Assembly (NCBI GenBank): GCA_031409335.1
Contig: JANNWY010000195.1
Coordinates: forward strand, 47,767-111,766
Source: Chthoniobacteraceae bacterium
GTDB lineage: Bacteria > Verrucomicrobiota > Verrucomicrobiia > Chthoniobacterales > Chthoniobacteraceae
Direction: 5' to 3'
DNA: 64,000 nt
Positions 8,786 to 18,900 of the stretch are shown one piece after another; the first letter of the stretch is position 1, and every line of letters begins with the position of its first letter. The notes below the pieces were generated by a model that was not told the DNA's origin, did not search any database, and saw only the letters and a program-made list of their open reading frames with translations. The position numbers were made by a program, and so were the translations under genes.

Positions 8786-11302
8786 TCAAAATCTCTGCCT
8801 CACCCGCCGCAGCAATCCGAGCGTTCCCAACAGCAGCAGACTCAGCGTGCCCGGCTCCGGAACGATGCGGATTTGCAGCGCGCGACCGGCGACCGGGCCT
8901 GCGCCAAAGTCGGCGATCTGGGGGATCATTTGGTCGAACACGATGCCGAAGTCGCCAGGCATCGGGGTGCCGTTGAATGTGGAAACATAGGCGGCGTCGC
9001 GGACGTAATCCGAAAAATCGGTGAGTGAATCGGTGAAGAAGCCCACGATGAAGAGGTCGCCGAGCGTAAGGAACGGCACGCCGAGATCGAAGAGCAGCCG
9101 GTTCGTGGCGCACAGGCCCGTGGTGAATGGAGTGGCGCCCGTGAGGTGCAACACATCGTTCCCGCTGGCGGAAGCGAAGAGGTAGTCCGGCCCGAACTGG
9201 CTGACCTCGAAGTGGAAACCCATGTCGAGCGAGGGATCGACGGAGGTCGCGGTGAGAATGCCCGCGCTCGCGCCGGGCGAGACGGTGCCCGCGCCGGAGA
9301 GCGCGCCCACCGTTCCAGTCCCACCGAGCGTCGCGCTGCCACTGAGGTTGACCGCGGAGGAGGTCGCGATCGAGCCGTTGACGATCAACGTGCCTTCCAG
9401 CACGTCGGTGGGGCCGGTGAAGGTATTGGTGCCCGTGAGAGTCAGCGTGCCCGCACCGGATTTCAGCAGGCCAGCGGTGTTGAAGATCGGACTCGCGATG
9501 GTGAGCGCATCGGCGACGGTGTCGGTGCGGACGACGAGCGTGGGACCGGCGGTGGTGAGTCCGCCAGTCAAGTTGCCGGGAGCGTGACTAATCATTCCCG
9601 GTGCGCCGCCGCCGGATTTGATCAAGCCGCCTTCCGAGAGCGTGAGCGTTTGGTCCGCGCCAAATGTGCCTCCCGCGGCGTTGCCGCCGAGATTCAAGGT
9701 GCGGAACGAAAAGCCGGGGAGTGTGCCGGGCGCGGGGCCGGTGATTTTCACATGCGTGTTGGGAGCGGCCGTGTCGATCGGGGAAGTGTTCGCGTCACTG
9801 CCATAATTAAGCGCCCTCACAAATCTCTCGAAGGCACCGGCACCGGGATTGACTGCGGCGTAATCGGCGCCGTTAAAAAAGAGCGTCGGGCTCAAAAGCT
9901 GGGCGGTTGGAGGACTGACGACGAAAAAGATGCCCGTACTAAGTGCGTTGGCGACCACGAAATTTCCCGTCGCAACACCGCTCGGAACGACCAGTGAATT
10001 AAAGACGAGGAAGGTGGCTCCGAAGCCGCCGGAGACGATTTCCACCGTGCCGTCACCCGAGCCAAAGGTCAGCGCGCCAACGTTCTCAGCACGTAAATCG
10101 GTGCTTCCGTTGAGATACCGCAGCGTGCCCTTTCCCGTAAAGAGGATCGCGGAGTTATCGCTCAACTGATTTTGCCCGCCCGGAAAGACATTGGTCGCGT
10201 CGAGTGCCACGGTGCCGCCTTTAATCGTGGTCGCGCCCGTGTAGGTGTTTGCGCCACCGAGGGTGAGCGTGCCTTTGCCGATTTTTTGGAGTCCGCTGGA
10301 ACCCACGATCGGCGAGTTGATCGTCGCATCGTTTCCGCCGGTATCGATCGTCCCCGCCGCACCGCCGGGCTTGCTAAGATTGAGGCTGCCGCCTTGGAAA
10401 GTGTAACCCGGCATGTCAAAGCGCAGTCCTCCCGCCGAGATCGGCTCCGCGAGCGTGACGATCCCCGTGCCCGGATTGCCGCCGAAGATCGCCTCGTCGT
10501 TGACGTTGATTGAGTTGCCCCAGAAGACGTTCGGAAACTCCTGCACCGGCCCCAAAACGTTAGTGTTCAGGTTGTCCCAACTGACGCCCGTCGTATTCCA
10601 AGTCCCCGGCCCGCCCATCGTCCCGTTGTCGTTCACGGCATCGGGATCCCAGACCATGGGATTCACCCCCGGCGTGACAGTGCGGCTGGTTGTGCCGATC
10701 TCCGCCGCAGTGATTCTCCTCGACACGGATCCCGGCACGTTTGGATCCCGCGCCATGATGAAATCGTTGCCTTTGGCAAACATGGTGAACTTGATCTGGT
10801 CGAGCGGCTTGTTGTTTCCCGTCCCGACCGCTCCCAAGCCGCCACCCGCCGGAGCGGGTGCCGGAGAAGGCGGAATAGGCGGAGTCGCGGTAAATCGCCC
10901 CTCAAAAATGTCCACATCGCCAGGGGTGAGCGAGAGCGCCGTCCCGGACACTTGATACCCGTTGGCTCCGTCCGGCACCACGGAAATCATCATGAACGGA
11001 TTCCGCCCATCGACACCCATCTCCGGCGAGAAAGTGAGGTCCGGCACGGCTTCGCCCGGATCGAACTGGATGTGGAGTTGGAAAGATTCCACATCCTCGG
11101 GATCGCAGCGCATGACCCACTTGGAGCCCGTTGCGTAATACTTGAGCGACATCGTGGTCGTCGTGCCGCCGGTCGCGGTCGCGGCCTGACTGGCTTCAGG
11201 GAGGACAGCAAGCCACCCGAGACCAGCCAGCATCGGCAGGATTAGTGTGCGTACGAGGATTGACCGGGAAACCGGCCAGTGGGGGGAGTGGCTAGAGTTC
11301 AT
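8786..11302 (-). CDS. PEP-CTERM surface protein with autotransporter-associated beta-strand repeats, paralogue of the N-terminal third of 1499..8506
   Basis: ORF 8786..11377, likely ATG 11302 (MNSSHSPH, then a signal peptide ending EASQA). C-terminal VPEPGTLSLLLLGTLGLLRRVRQRF. Confidence 0.9.
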   Translation of the reverse strand: MNSSHSPHWPVSRSILVRTLILPMLAGLGWLAVLPEASQAATATGGTTTTMSLKYYATGSKWVMRCDPEDVESFQLHIQFDPGEAVPDLTFSPEMGVDGRNPFMMISVVPDGANGYQVSGTALSLTPGDVDIFEGRFTATPPIPPSPAPAPAGGGLGAVGTGNNKPLDQIKFTMFAKGNDFIMARDPNVPGSVSRRITAAEIGTTSRTVTPGVNPMVWDPDAVNDNGTMGGPGTWNTTGVSWDNLNTNVLGPVQEFPNVFWGNSINVNDEAIFGGNPGTGIVTLAEPISAGGLRFDMPGYTFQGGSLNLSKPGGAAGTIDTGGNDATINSPIVGSSGLQKIGKGTLTLGGANTYTGATTIKGGTVALDATNVFPGGQNQLSDNSAILFTGKGTLRYLNGSTDLRAENVGALTFGSGDGTVEIVSGGFGATFLVFNSLVVPSGVATGNFVVANALSTGIFFVVSPPTAQLLSPTLFFNGADYAAVNPGAGAFERFVRALNYGSDANTSPIDTAAPNTHVKITGPAPGTLPGFSFRTLNLGGNAAGGTFGADQTLTLSEGGLIKSGGGAPGMISHAPGNLTGGLTTAGPTLVVRTDTVADALTIASPIFNTAGLLKSGAGTLTLTGTNTFTGPTDVLEGTLIVNGSIATSSAVNLSGSATLGGTGTVGALSGAGTVSPGASAGILTATSVDPSLDMGFHFEVSQFGPDYLFASASGNDVLHLTGATPFTTGLCATNRLLFDLGVPFLTLGDLFIVGFFTDSLTDFSDYVRDAAYVSTFNGTPMPGDFGIVFDQMIPQIADFGAGPVAGRALQIRIVPEPGTLSLLLLGTLGLLRRVRQRF

Positions 11303-11638
11303 AAATGACCTCGTCGGCCCCGTTAATGGACAGCCGAAGGGATGGATAGATGGCGCGCATGGCCGACTACTTGTCAAGGGTTCATTTCGCCCGAATGGCT
11401 CAGTGCTCAGCCATCTTCCGAGCCTTTAATACGTTACGCGTTTCCGGCACGCTGGCAGCCCGTGCTACGGCGCGATTGCCGACGTTTGATCCAAAACTCC
11501 GCGATGGGGTTGACCGCGGATTCCGATCCCGATCTCAGGTTCAAAAAGTAAAAGCTCGCAGCCGCCGAGAGTCCGCAAAACTTCGGCATCGGCAGCAGAT
11601 CGCGGCGATCCTGCCGAAACTTGGAAAGGCGTGCGCGG

Positions 11639-12706
11639 CTAGTAAACCCCTTCGACGATCTTGTTCTCCATCGCGCCGAACGGACGCACTTCGGCGACGC
11701 CGTCCCACGCATACGGTGCGCGGGGTTTGCGGCGGAGGGCTTCGTCCCGCTCGAGGAAGCGGGGCATGAAAAACTCTTTCGTGAGCGTGGTCAGCTCGAC
11801 CCGGCCCCAGGTGTCGTATGGGACCGTATTCGTCGTATCTTTCGGATCGACCACGCGCAGCACGGCGCGCGGTTGCGGGGCGTAGTAGGTGATCGAGAAA
11901 TTGTCCTCCGGCAAAAGCGGGACGCTGGCGGCTAGGCCCATGAGCGTGTTGCCGTAGGTCGGGTAGAAACCGATGCGGCCTTCCAGCACTTCCTCGACGA
12001 TGAAACGCACGTATTGCGGGAGCATCGTGGTGCCGCCGCAGAAGACGCCGCGAATGCCAGCCTCGTAGATGTCCACCTTCTCTGCGAGTGCTTCGAGCAG
12101 CTTTGGCGTGGTGAAGAGGCCGCTGACTTTGCGGTGCTTCAGGATCACCGCGGCCTGATCGGCGACGTGTTCCATGTATTGTTTCGCCACGTCGAATTGC
12201 TTCGCGGAAATCAGCTTTTTCACGAAGCGTGGGTCGAGGTCGATGAAGTAACACGACGATCCGCGGACGTGCGCGAGGTGCTCGATCGCGAGCCGCAGAC
12301 GGCGCGGCCCGGTCGGTCCCATCATCAGCCAGGCACCGCCGCGCGGGAAATGTTCGTCGGAAATTTTTTCGCTGAACTCGCTGTAATCCACTTTGTAGTC
12401 GGTCCAGCCGATGCGCTGTTTCGGCATCCCGGTCGTGCCCCCGGTCTCGAAAATGTTAAACGGTTTGCCTTTGAACTCCGCGGGCACCCACACTTCCGGC
12501 TGCAAGTCGCGCAGCCATTCATCCTCGAAATGCGGGAATTTTTTCACGTCGTCGATCGTCTTGATCTCCGCGTGCGGATCGAAGTTTTTCTTTGCCCAAT
12601 CGAGCCAGAACGGGCAGCCGGTTTCCGGCGAGAAATGCCACGCGATGATCTCGCGCAGGTGGGTGTCGAGTTGAGCTTGGGCCTGTTCGGAAGTGAGTTG
12701 GGTCAT
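11639..12706 (-). CDS. EhpF-like atypical ANL-superfamily adenylating enzyme (large domain only)
   Basis: WHFSPETGCPFWL, FDP..EIKTIDD, P-loop-like FETGGTTGMPK, YGNT and LERD motifs resemble the phenazine-modifying EhpF family. Likely ATG 12706; the ORF track start 12730 is TTG. Confidence 0.75.
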   Translation of the reverse strand: MTQLTSEQAQAQLDTHLREIIAWHFSPETGCPFWLDWAKKNFDPHAEIKTIDDVKKFPHFEDEWLRDLQPEVWVPAEFKGKPFNIFETGGTTGMPKQRIGWTDYKVDYSEFSEKISDEHFPRGGAWLMMGPTGPRRLRLAIEHLAHVRGSSCYFIDLDPRFVKKLISAKQFDVAKQYMEHVADQAAVILKHRKVSGLFTTPKLLEALAEKVDIYEAGIRGVFCGGTTMLPQYVRFIVEEVLEGRIGFYPTYGNTLMGLAASVPLLPEDNFSITYYAPQPRAVLRVVDPKDTTNTVPYDTWGRVELTTLTKEFFMPRFLERDEALRRKPRAPYAWDGVAEVRPFGAMENKIVEGVY

Positions 12707-12805
12707 GTGCGGGAAAAATACGTAAGCCAACGCATATCGGGACGCGGCCCCGGCGCAAATGGCAAACTCTCGGCTTTTGCCGCCAAAGCGACGACCATCT
12801 GCGCC

Positions 12806-12837
12806 AGTGAATAGCCTGTGAATAACTCTGTGGAATG
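12806..12837. promoter_or_regulatory. Cluster of DnaA-box-like 9-mers
   Basis: TGTGAATAA at 12817-12825 is the reverse complement of TTATTCACA (fits TTWTNCACA). Degenerate co-oriented AGTGAATAG (12806) and TGTGGAATG (12829) flank it. Confidence 0.3.
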
Positions 12838-12923
12838 GCTTGAACTTTCAGCAGGGCGACGGATTGAATATGGCTTCCCTCATTTTTGCGGTGAATGAGG
12901 CCGTACTAAACCGAACTGTGACT

Positions 12924-15900
12924 ATGCTTAAACAGGCTGAAATTATCGTCAGGGAGGGCTCGAAAGCTCTCGCTGAATATCTCTTTGACCCCGGCAACTA
13001 CGTCATCGGTCGCGATCCCTCTTGCGACATTTTGGTGAACAGTCTCGGCATTTCGCGCAAACACGCGCAACTTACGGTCACCGCTGACCGCCTCATCGTT
13101 CGGGATCTCGGCAGCACCAATGGCACCTATCTCGGCGAAGATCTCGTCGTCGGCGAGCAACCCGTGCTCCCGGGAAGTGCGATCCGCATCGGCACGCTGG
13201 GCAGCGTGGAAGTGCGGCTCGTGGATGCAAAAGTGCAGCCGCAAAATGGCAACGGGAACGGCAACGGGAACGGCCACGCGCAGGGCAATGGGAATGGCAA
13301 CGGCAACGGCAGCGATCACGGGCAGTCGCGGATCGGGCAGTTGGAAAAGGCGATGGCTGAAGCGCAAAGCGAACGCGTCTCCGCGATCGGGCAAGTGGCG
13401 GAACTGCGCGCGCAATTGGACGCGGCCACACAGGAATTGGCCGCCGCGCGTTCCGAGACGCAGATGGGCTTTGAGAGTTCGGGGAAACTCGCGCGCGAAA
13501 TGGAAGCGCAGACGGAAGAACTGGCCGCGCTGAAAACGACACACCGCGCGTTCACCGAAAAATATGAGATGGCGCTCGCCGAAAGCGATCACCTACGCGC
13601 CACTCACGAGAATCAGCGTCGAGAATGGGAAGAGCAGCGCGGCGTGCTCACGTCCCGCGTCCAGACTCTCGAGGCGGGTCAACGAGAGAGCGCCGTCGCG
13701 GCGCAGGCGCAACTCGGCGCGCTCCGGCAGGAATCCGCCGACGTCCTGAAAGCGCGCGACGCGGCGCTGGCCGACGCGAGCCAGGAGCGCGAGGCGCATC
13801 GGACTTACCGGCAGCAAATGGCTGCGGAAATGGCGGAACTCCGCGAAAAAAATCAACGCCAGCTCGAAGTGCTCAATGCCGACTGGGAGCAAGTCATCAC
13901 CGAGCGCGACGACGCGCTGCACCGCCTCGCGGAAAGCGGTGGCGAACTGCAAACTCGCATCGCCGCACTGCTCCGGGAGCGCGACGAAGCCAGGAAACTC
14001 GCGCAGGATCGGGAACAGAATCTCGCGGTTTCCACCAAAGCGATCGAGGCGCTGAAACGCGAAGGGTCCGCGCTCACCCAGCAACGCGACGAGGCAGAGA
14101 AGGCGAAGGCGGCGCTCGGTGCCGAAGCCCAAGCAGCTCGACAGCAGCTTGCGGAAAGCGAGACGAACCATTCGCGGAAGATCGCGTCGCTGCAATGGGA
14201 GCGCGACGAACTCGAGAAGATGGCCCGCGCCGTCCAGGAGGAATTTGACCAGCATCGCGCCGCGATCACCCGCGAAAAATCCACGCTGAACGTCGAGGTG
14301 GCCACGCTCACCGATTCGCACAAGGCGCAGCTCGACCAGATTTCCGCAGAACTCCAAGCTGCGGCGAAGGAGCGGGACGAAACCGCGCGCCAGTTTGCGG
14401 AATTCAAATCCGCCAGCCAAAAGCGGATGGCTGCAGTCACGAGTGAACGCGATGAGCTGACGAAAGCCGCGGGCGAACAACACGCCGAACTCCAGCGCCT
14501 CCGCGAAGAAGCCGCCCAAACCAAAACCGCGCTCTCCGGCGAAATGGCGGCGCTGGCCCAAACGCGCGACACGCAAATCGAGCAACTCACCAGCGAACGC
14601 GCCGAGGCCTTGCGCAAGTTTGCGGAACTCAAAACGAGCAGCGAGCAGCAGTGCAATCTGCTGCGCACACAGCGCGATGAGTTTGAAAAAATCGCCAAAG
14701 CCGCCAAAGCCGAACGCGACCAGGCGGTGCAGGCGAAGGCCGAACTTTCCGGCGAAGTGACGACGCTCGCCGAAACGCGCACCGCGCAGCTCGCTCAACT
14801 CAAGAGCAGCAGCGAACAGCAACTCGCCGCGCTGCGGAAGGAGCGCGACGGATTTGAAAAAGCCGCCAAAGCGGCGCAGGCGGAACTCGTCCGCGACCGC
14901 GACGAAGCAGCGGGGATCAAGGCCGCACTTTCCGGCGAGATGGCAAATCGCTCGGCGCAAATCGAAAAAGTAGTCGGCGAGCGTGCCGCGGCTTTGCGCG
15001 AGATCGAGGAACTCAAGACCAGCAGCGGGCAGCAACTCGCCGCGCTGCGAGAAGAGCGCGATGAATTTCAAAAGAACGCCAAAGCGGCGCAGGCAGAACT
15101 CGTCCGCGACCGCGATGAAGCAGCGGGGATCAAGGCCGCACTTTCCGGCGAGATGGCAAATCGCTCGGCGCAAATCGAAAAAGTAGTCGGCGAGCGTGCC
15201 GCAGCTTTGCGCGAGATCGAGGAACTCAAGGCGAGCCGCGAGCAACAACTCGCCGCCTTGCGCAACGAGCGCGATGAATTTGAAAAAGCCGCCCAAGCCC
15301 TGCGCTCGGAACTCGATCGCGAGCGTGGCGAGGCCGCGCAGACCAAAGCCGCGCTTTCCGGCGAGATGGCGACACTCAGCGAAACGCGCACGACGGAGCT
15401 CGAACGGCTCACCCAAGAACGTCAGGCCGCGCTCGAAGCGCGCGCGGAAACTCTGCTGCGGATCGAAGGGCTCAAGGCAGACAGCGAGCGACAATTCGCC
15501 GCGCTGCGCACGGAGCGCAGTGAGTTTGAAAAGATCGCGAAGGCTGCGCAGGCGGAACTCAGCCGCGAACGCGAACAAGCAGCGCTGGCGCAGGCCACGC
15601 TTTCCGGCGAGATGACGACGCTCGTCGAAACGCGCACGGCGCAATTCGACGAATTGAAAAAGAGCAGCGGGCAGCACATCGCTGCACTGCAAAAGGAGCG
15701 CGATGAATTTCAAAAAACCGCCAAAGCCGCGCGGGCAGAACTCGATCGCGAACGCAGTCTGGCCGCTCAGGCGAAGGCTGCGCTTTCCGGCGAGATGGCG
15801 ACACTCAGCGAAACGCGCACGATGGAGATCGAACGGCTCACCCAAGAACGTCAGGCCGCGCTCGAAGCGCGCGCGGAAACTCTGCTGCGGATCGAAGGGC

Positions 15901-18900
15901 TCAAGGCGGACAGCGAGCGACAATTCGCCGCGCTGCGCACGGAGCGCAATGAGTTTGAAAAGAACGCGAATGCCGCGCAGGCGGAACTCAGCCGCGAACG
16001 CGAACAAGCTGCACAGGCGAAGGCGGCGCTCTCGGGCGAAGTGGCGACGCTGATCGAAACGCACACCGCGCAGATCCAGCAGCTCACCAACGAGCGGGCC
16101 GAAACGCTGCGCCGAATCGAGGAACTGAAGACGAACAGCGAGCGGGAACTCGCTGCGTTGCGCGCGGAGCGGGATGAACTCGGCGCGCGTGAACGCGATG
16201 CTCAGGGCAAAATCGCCGCGATGGCGCGTGCGGTCGAGAGTGGCGAACGCGAGATCGCGGCGCTCACCCGGCAGCGTGGGGAGATCGAGAGCGACCGGGC
16301 CGCGACATCCGATCAACTCGCGAAGCTCGCCGATGCGCACAAGGCGCAATTGGAGTCGATCGCCGCCGAGCGCGTGGCGCTCATTGCCGAACGCGACAAG
16401 GCCGTCGCGCGCATCGCCACGATCTCCGAAGTCCACCAGCGCAATCTCGATGAACATCACAAGGGACGCCTCGCGCTGACCGCCGAGCGCGACCGGGCTT
16501 TTGCGCAATTCGGGGACCTGCGCACGGCGCTGGAGAACGAAATCTCGAGCATCAAGGAAGATCGCTCCGCGGCCATCCGCGAACTCGAGCAGGGCCTCGC
16601 GCGGCTCACGGATCTCAATGCCGCGCAGAATATCCAGATCGAAGCGCTGACCATCGAACGCGACAACGCGCTCTCCACGGGCACGCTCGAAGTCGCCGCC
16701 GTGGCGCGGGCGAACGAAGCGCGCAAAAAGGAAATTGCCGCGCTCGAAGCGCAGCGCGACGCCCTTGCGAAGGAAAAAGAGGAGGCGGTGCGGCAGTTCA
16801 CGCGGCAGATCGCCGGACTCGAAGCGCGGGCGAAAGGCGCGGCGAATGAAGCCGCGAAACAACTCGCAGCGAAAGAAACGGAACTCGCGGAATGGCGCGA
16901 ATCCGTCACCTCGCTCGGCGCGCAAATCGCGGCGGTGAGCCATCAGCGGGACGAAGCGAATACGGCTTTGAGCAAAGCCACGGACGATCGGGCGAAGCAG
17001 GCGGAAGCGTTCGACGCCGAGCGCCAGACTGCGCGCCGCGAGTCGGACGAGACGGCGGCGCGATTCGCGGCGGGCCGCGAGGATTTGCAAAAACAAATCG
17101 CCGCGCTGAACGAGCAGAGCGCCGTGATCGCGCGGGAACGTGACGAAGCGCGGAACCGGATCGCCGAACTCGCGAATACGCACGCGACCCGGATCGCCAC
17201 CTTTGAAGCGGAACGCGCCGCCGTGCGACAGGAGCGAGATCAAGCTGCCGCGCAGGCTGCGGAACTCGCCGCGGAGCAGCGTCGGCAAATCGAGGCGCTG
17301 ACCGATCAACGCGAGCGGCTCATTGGCGAACGCGACCGGGCGCTCGCGCATTTTTCCGAAATCTCCGACAGCCATCGGCAGCAACTCGTGGCGGGTGAAA
17401 CCGAACGGCTCAGCCTCATCGGGTCGCGCGACCAGACCGTTTCGCAGATCGAACAAATCCGCGCGAATCACGAAGGGCAGATCGCAGCGCTCGACGAGAC
17501 GCATCGCGCGGCGATTCGTGAACACGACGCGGCGCTGGGGCGGATGTCGGAATTAAGCGAAGCGCAGCAGCGGCAAATCGAATCGCTGATCGGCGAGCGG
17601 AATCTCCTCGTCAGCAGGCTGGAAGAAGCGGAGCGCCGCTCGGCGACCGAGGCGCAATCGCTGCGGCAAAATCTGAAAGCGATCGATGTCGAGCGTGGTC
17701 GCGTGGTCGGCGAGCGCACGGCGACGGCGAAGGAACTTGGCCGGGTCATCGACGAGCAAAAAGCGCGCATCGAGCAGCTCACGCAGCAGGGCGCTTTTCT
17801 CACCAAAGAGCGCGACGAAGCGCTGGCCCGCATCGAAACGCTGACCGCCGACCGGCGGCGCGAAGCCGAGGAAAGTGCCGCGCAACACGCCGACGCCCTG
17901 CGCGACCGCGACGAGACGCTCGCGCGATTCACGGCGCTCTGCGAAGAGCACGCGAGCACCGCGGCCAATCTCGGCCAGCAGCGCGAGGCAGTCGTCGCCG
18001 AGCGGGATCACGCGCTGGCGCAATCGCTCCAGCAGCGCGAGGAGCATTTCCGCGAAATCGAAACGCTACGGGGCGAGCATCGTGGCGCGCTGGAAAAACG
18101 CGACGCGGCGGTCAGCCGGTTGCAGGGAATCATCGACGCGCAAAAGCGGCAGATGGACGGGCTCGCGGCCGATGGCGCGAGCATTCGCACCGATCGCGAT
18201 GCGCAAATGACGAGCGTGCGCGCCGAGCTTTCCGCCGCGATCAAGGATCGCGACCAGACCATCGCCGAAATGCTCCGCGCGAATGAATCGCAGAGCGAAC
18301 GCATCGCGCTGCTGAACACGCAGATCGACGGCTTGAATCGCGGCAAGGAAGAGTCCGCCGCCGGCCTGCAACAACTCCGGCAAACGCACAAGGAGCAGAC
18401 GGAATTTTTCGAGAACGAACGCGCCGGCCTGCTCAAGGCGCGCGGCGAAGCGATCGAGCGGCTCACTGCCGTCGTCACCGCGCAGCAGGAGCAAATCGCC
18501 GCCGCGCAGCAGCAGCGGGAGATGCTGCTGGGCGAGCGGGATGAAATGCGCGGGCAGTTCGCGGAAGTCAGCGCCGCGCACACGCGGCAGATCGAAACGC
18601 TGCTCGCGGAGAAGGATCAGCCGCAGGCGCTTTTCGCGCAGCTCAGCGGCTCGCACCGCGAGCATGTCGAGACGCTTTCGCTGAACGTGGACGCGCTGCG
18701 CAAGGAGCGGGATCAGGCGTTTGCGCAGTTTGAAAAAATCAACGAGGCGCAGAAAACGCAGATCGAAACGCTCGTGCGGCAGCGGGATTACACGCTCGCG
18801 GAAGGCGAGGAGGCGCGGGCGCAACTCACCGGCGTCAACACCGCGCAAGCGAAGCAGATCAAATCGCTGGAGCGCGAACGCGCCGCAGTGATCCGGGAGA

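Noticed and set aside
11378..11638. Sigma54 promoter or ncRNA upstream of the PEP-CTERM genes
   Set aside because: No convincing TGGCAC-N5-TTGC on the minus strand and no recognisable RNA family.
12806..12837. Replication origin (oriC)
   Set aside because: Only one consensus box, no AT-rich unwinding element, and no dnaA/dnaN context.
14865..16060. Long direct repeats as CRISPR or mobile-element ends
   Set aside because: They are in-frame coding duplications (multiples of 3) inside one continuous ORF.
13593..17525. 1310-aa minus-strand ORF and other long antisense ORFs (e.g. 18066-19646, 36294-38477, 54048-56045, 4493-6301)
   Set aside because: Shadow frames of high-GC genes on the opposite strand; Arg-rich with no motifs.
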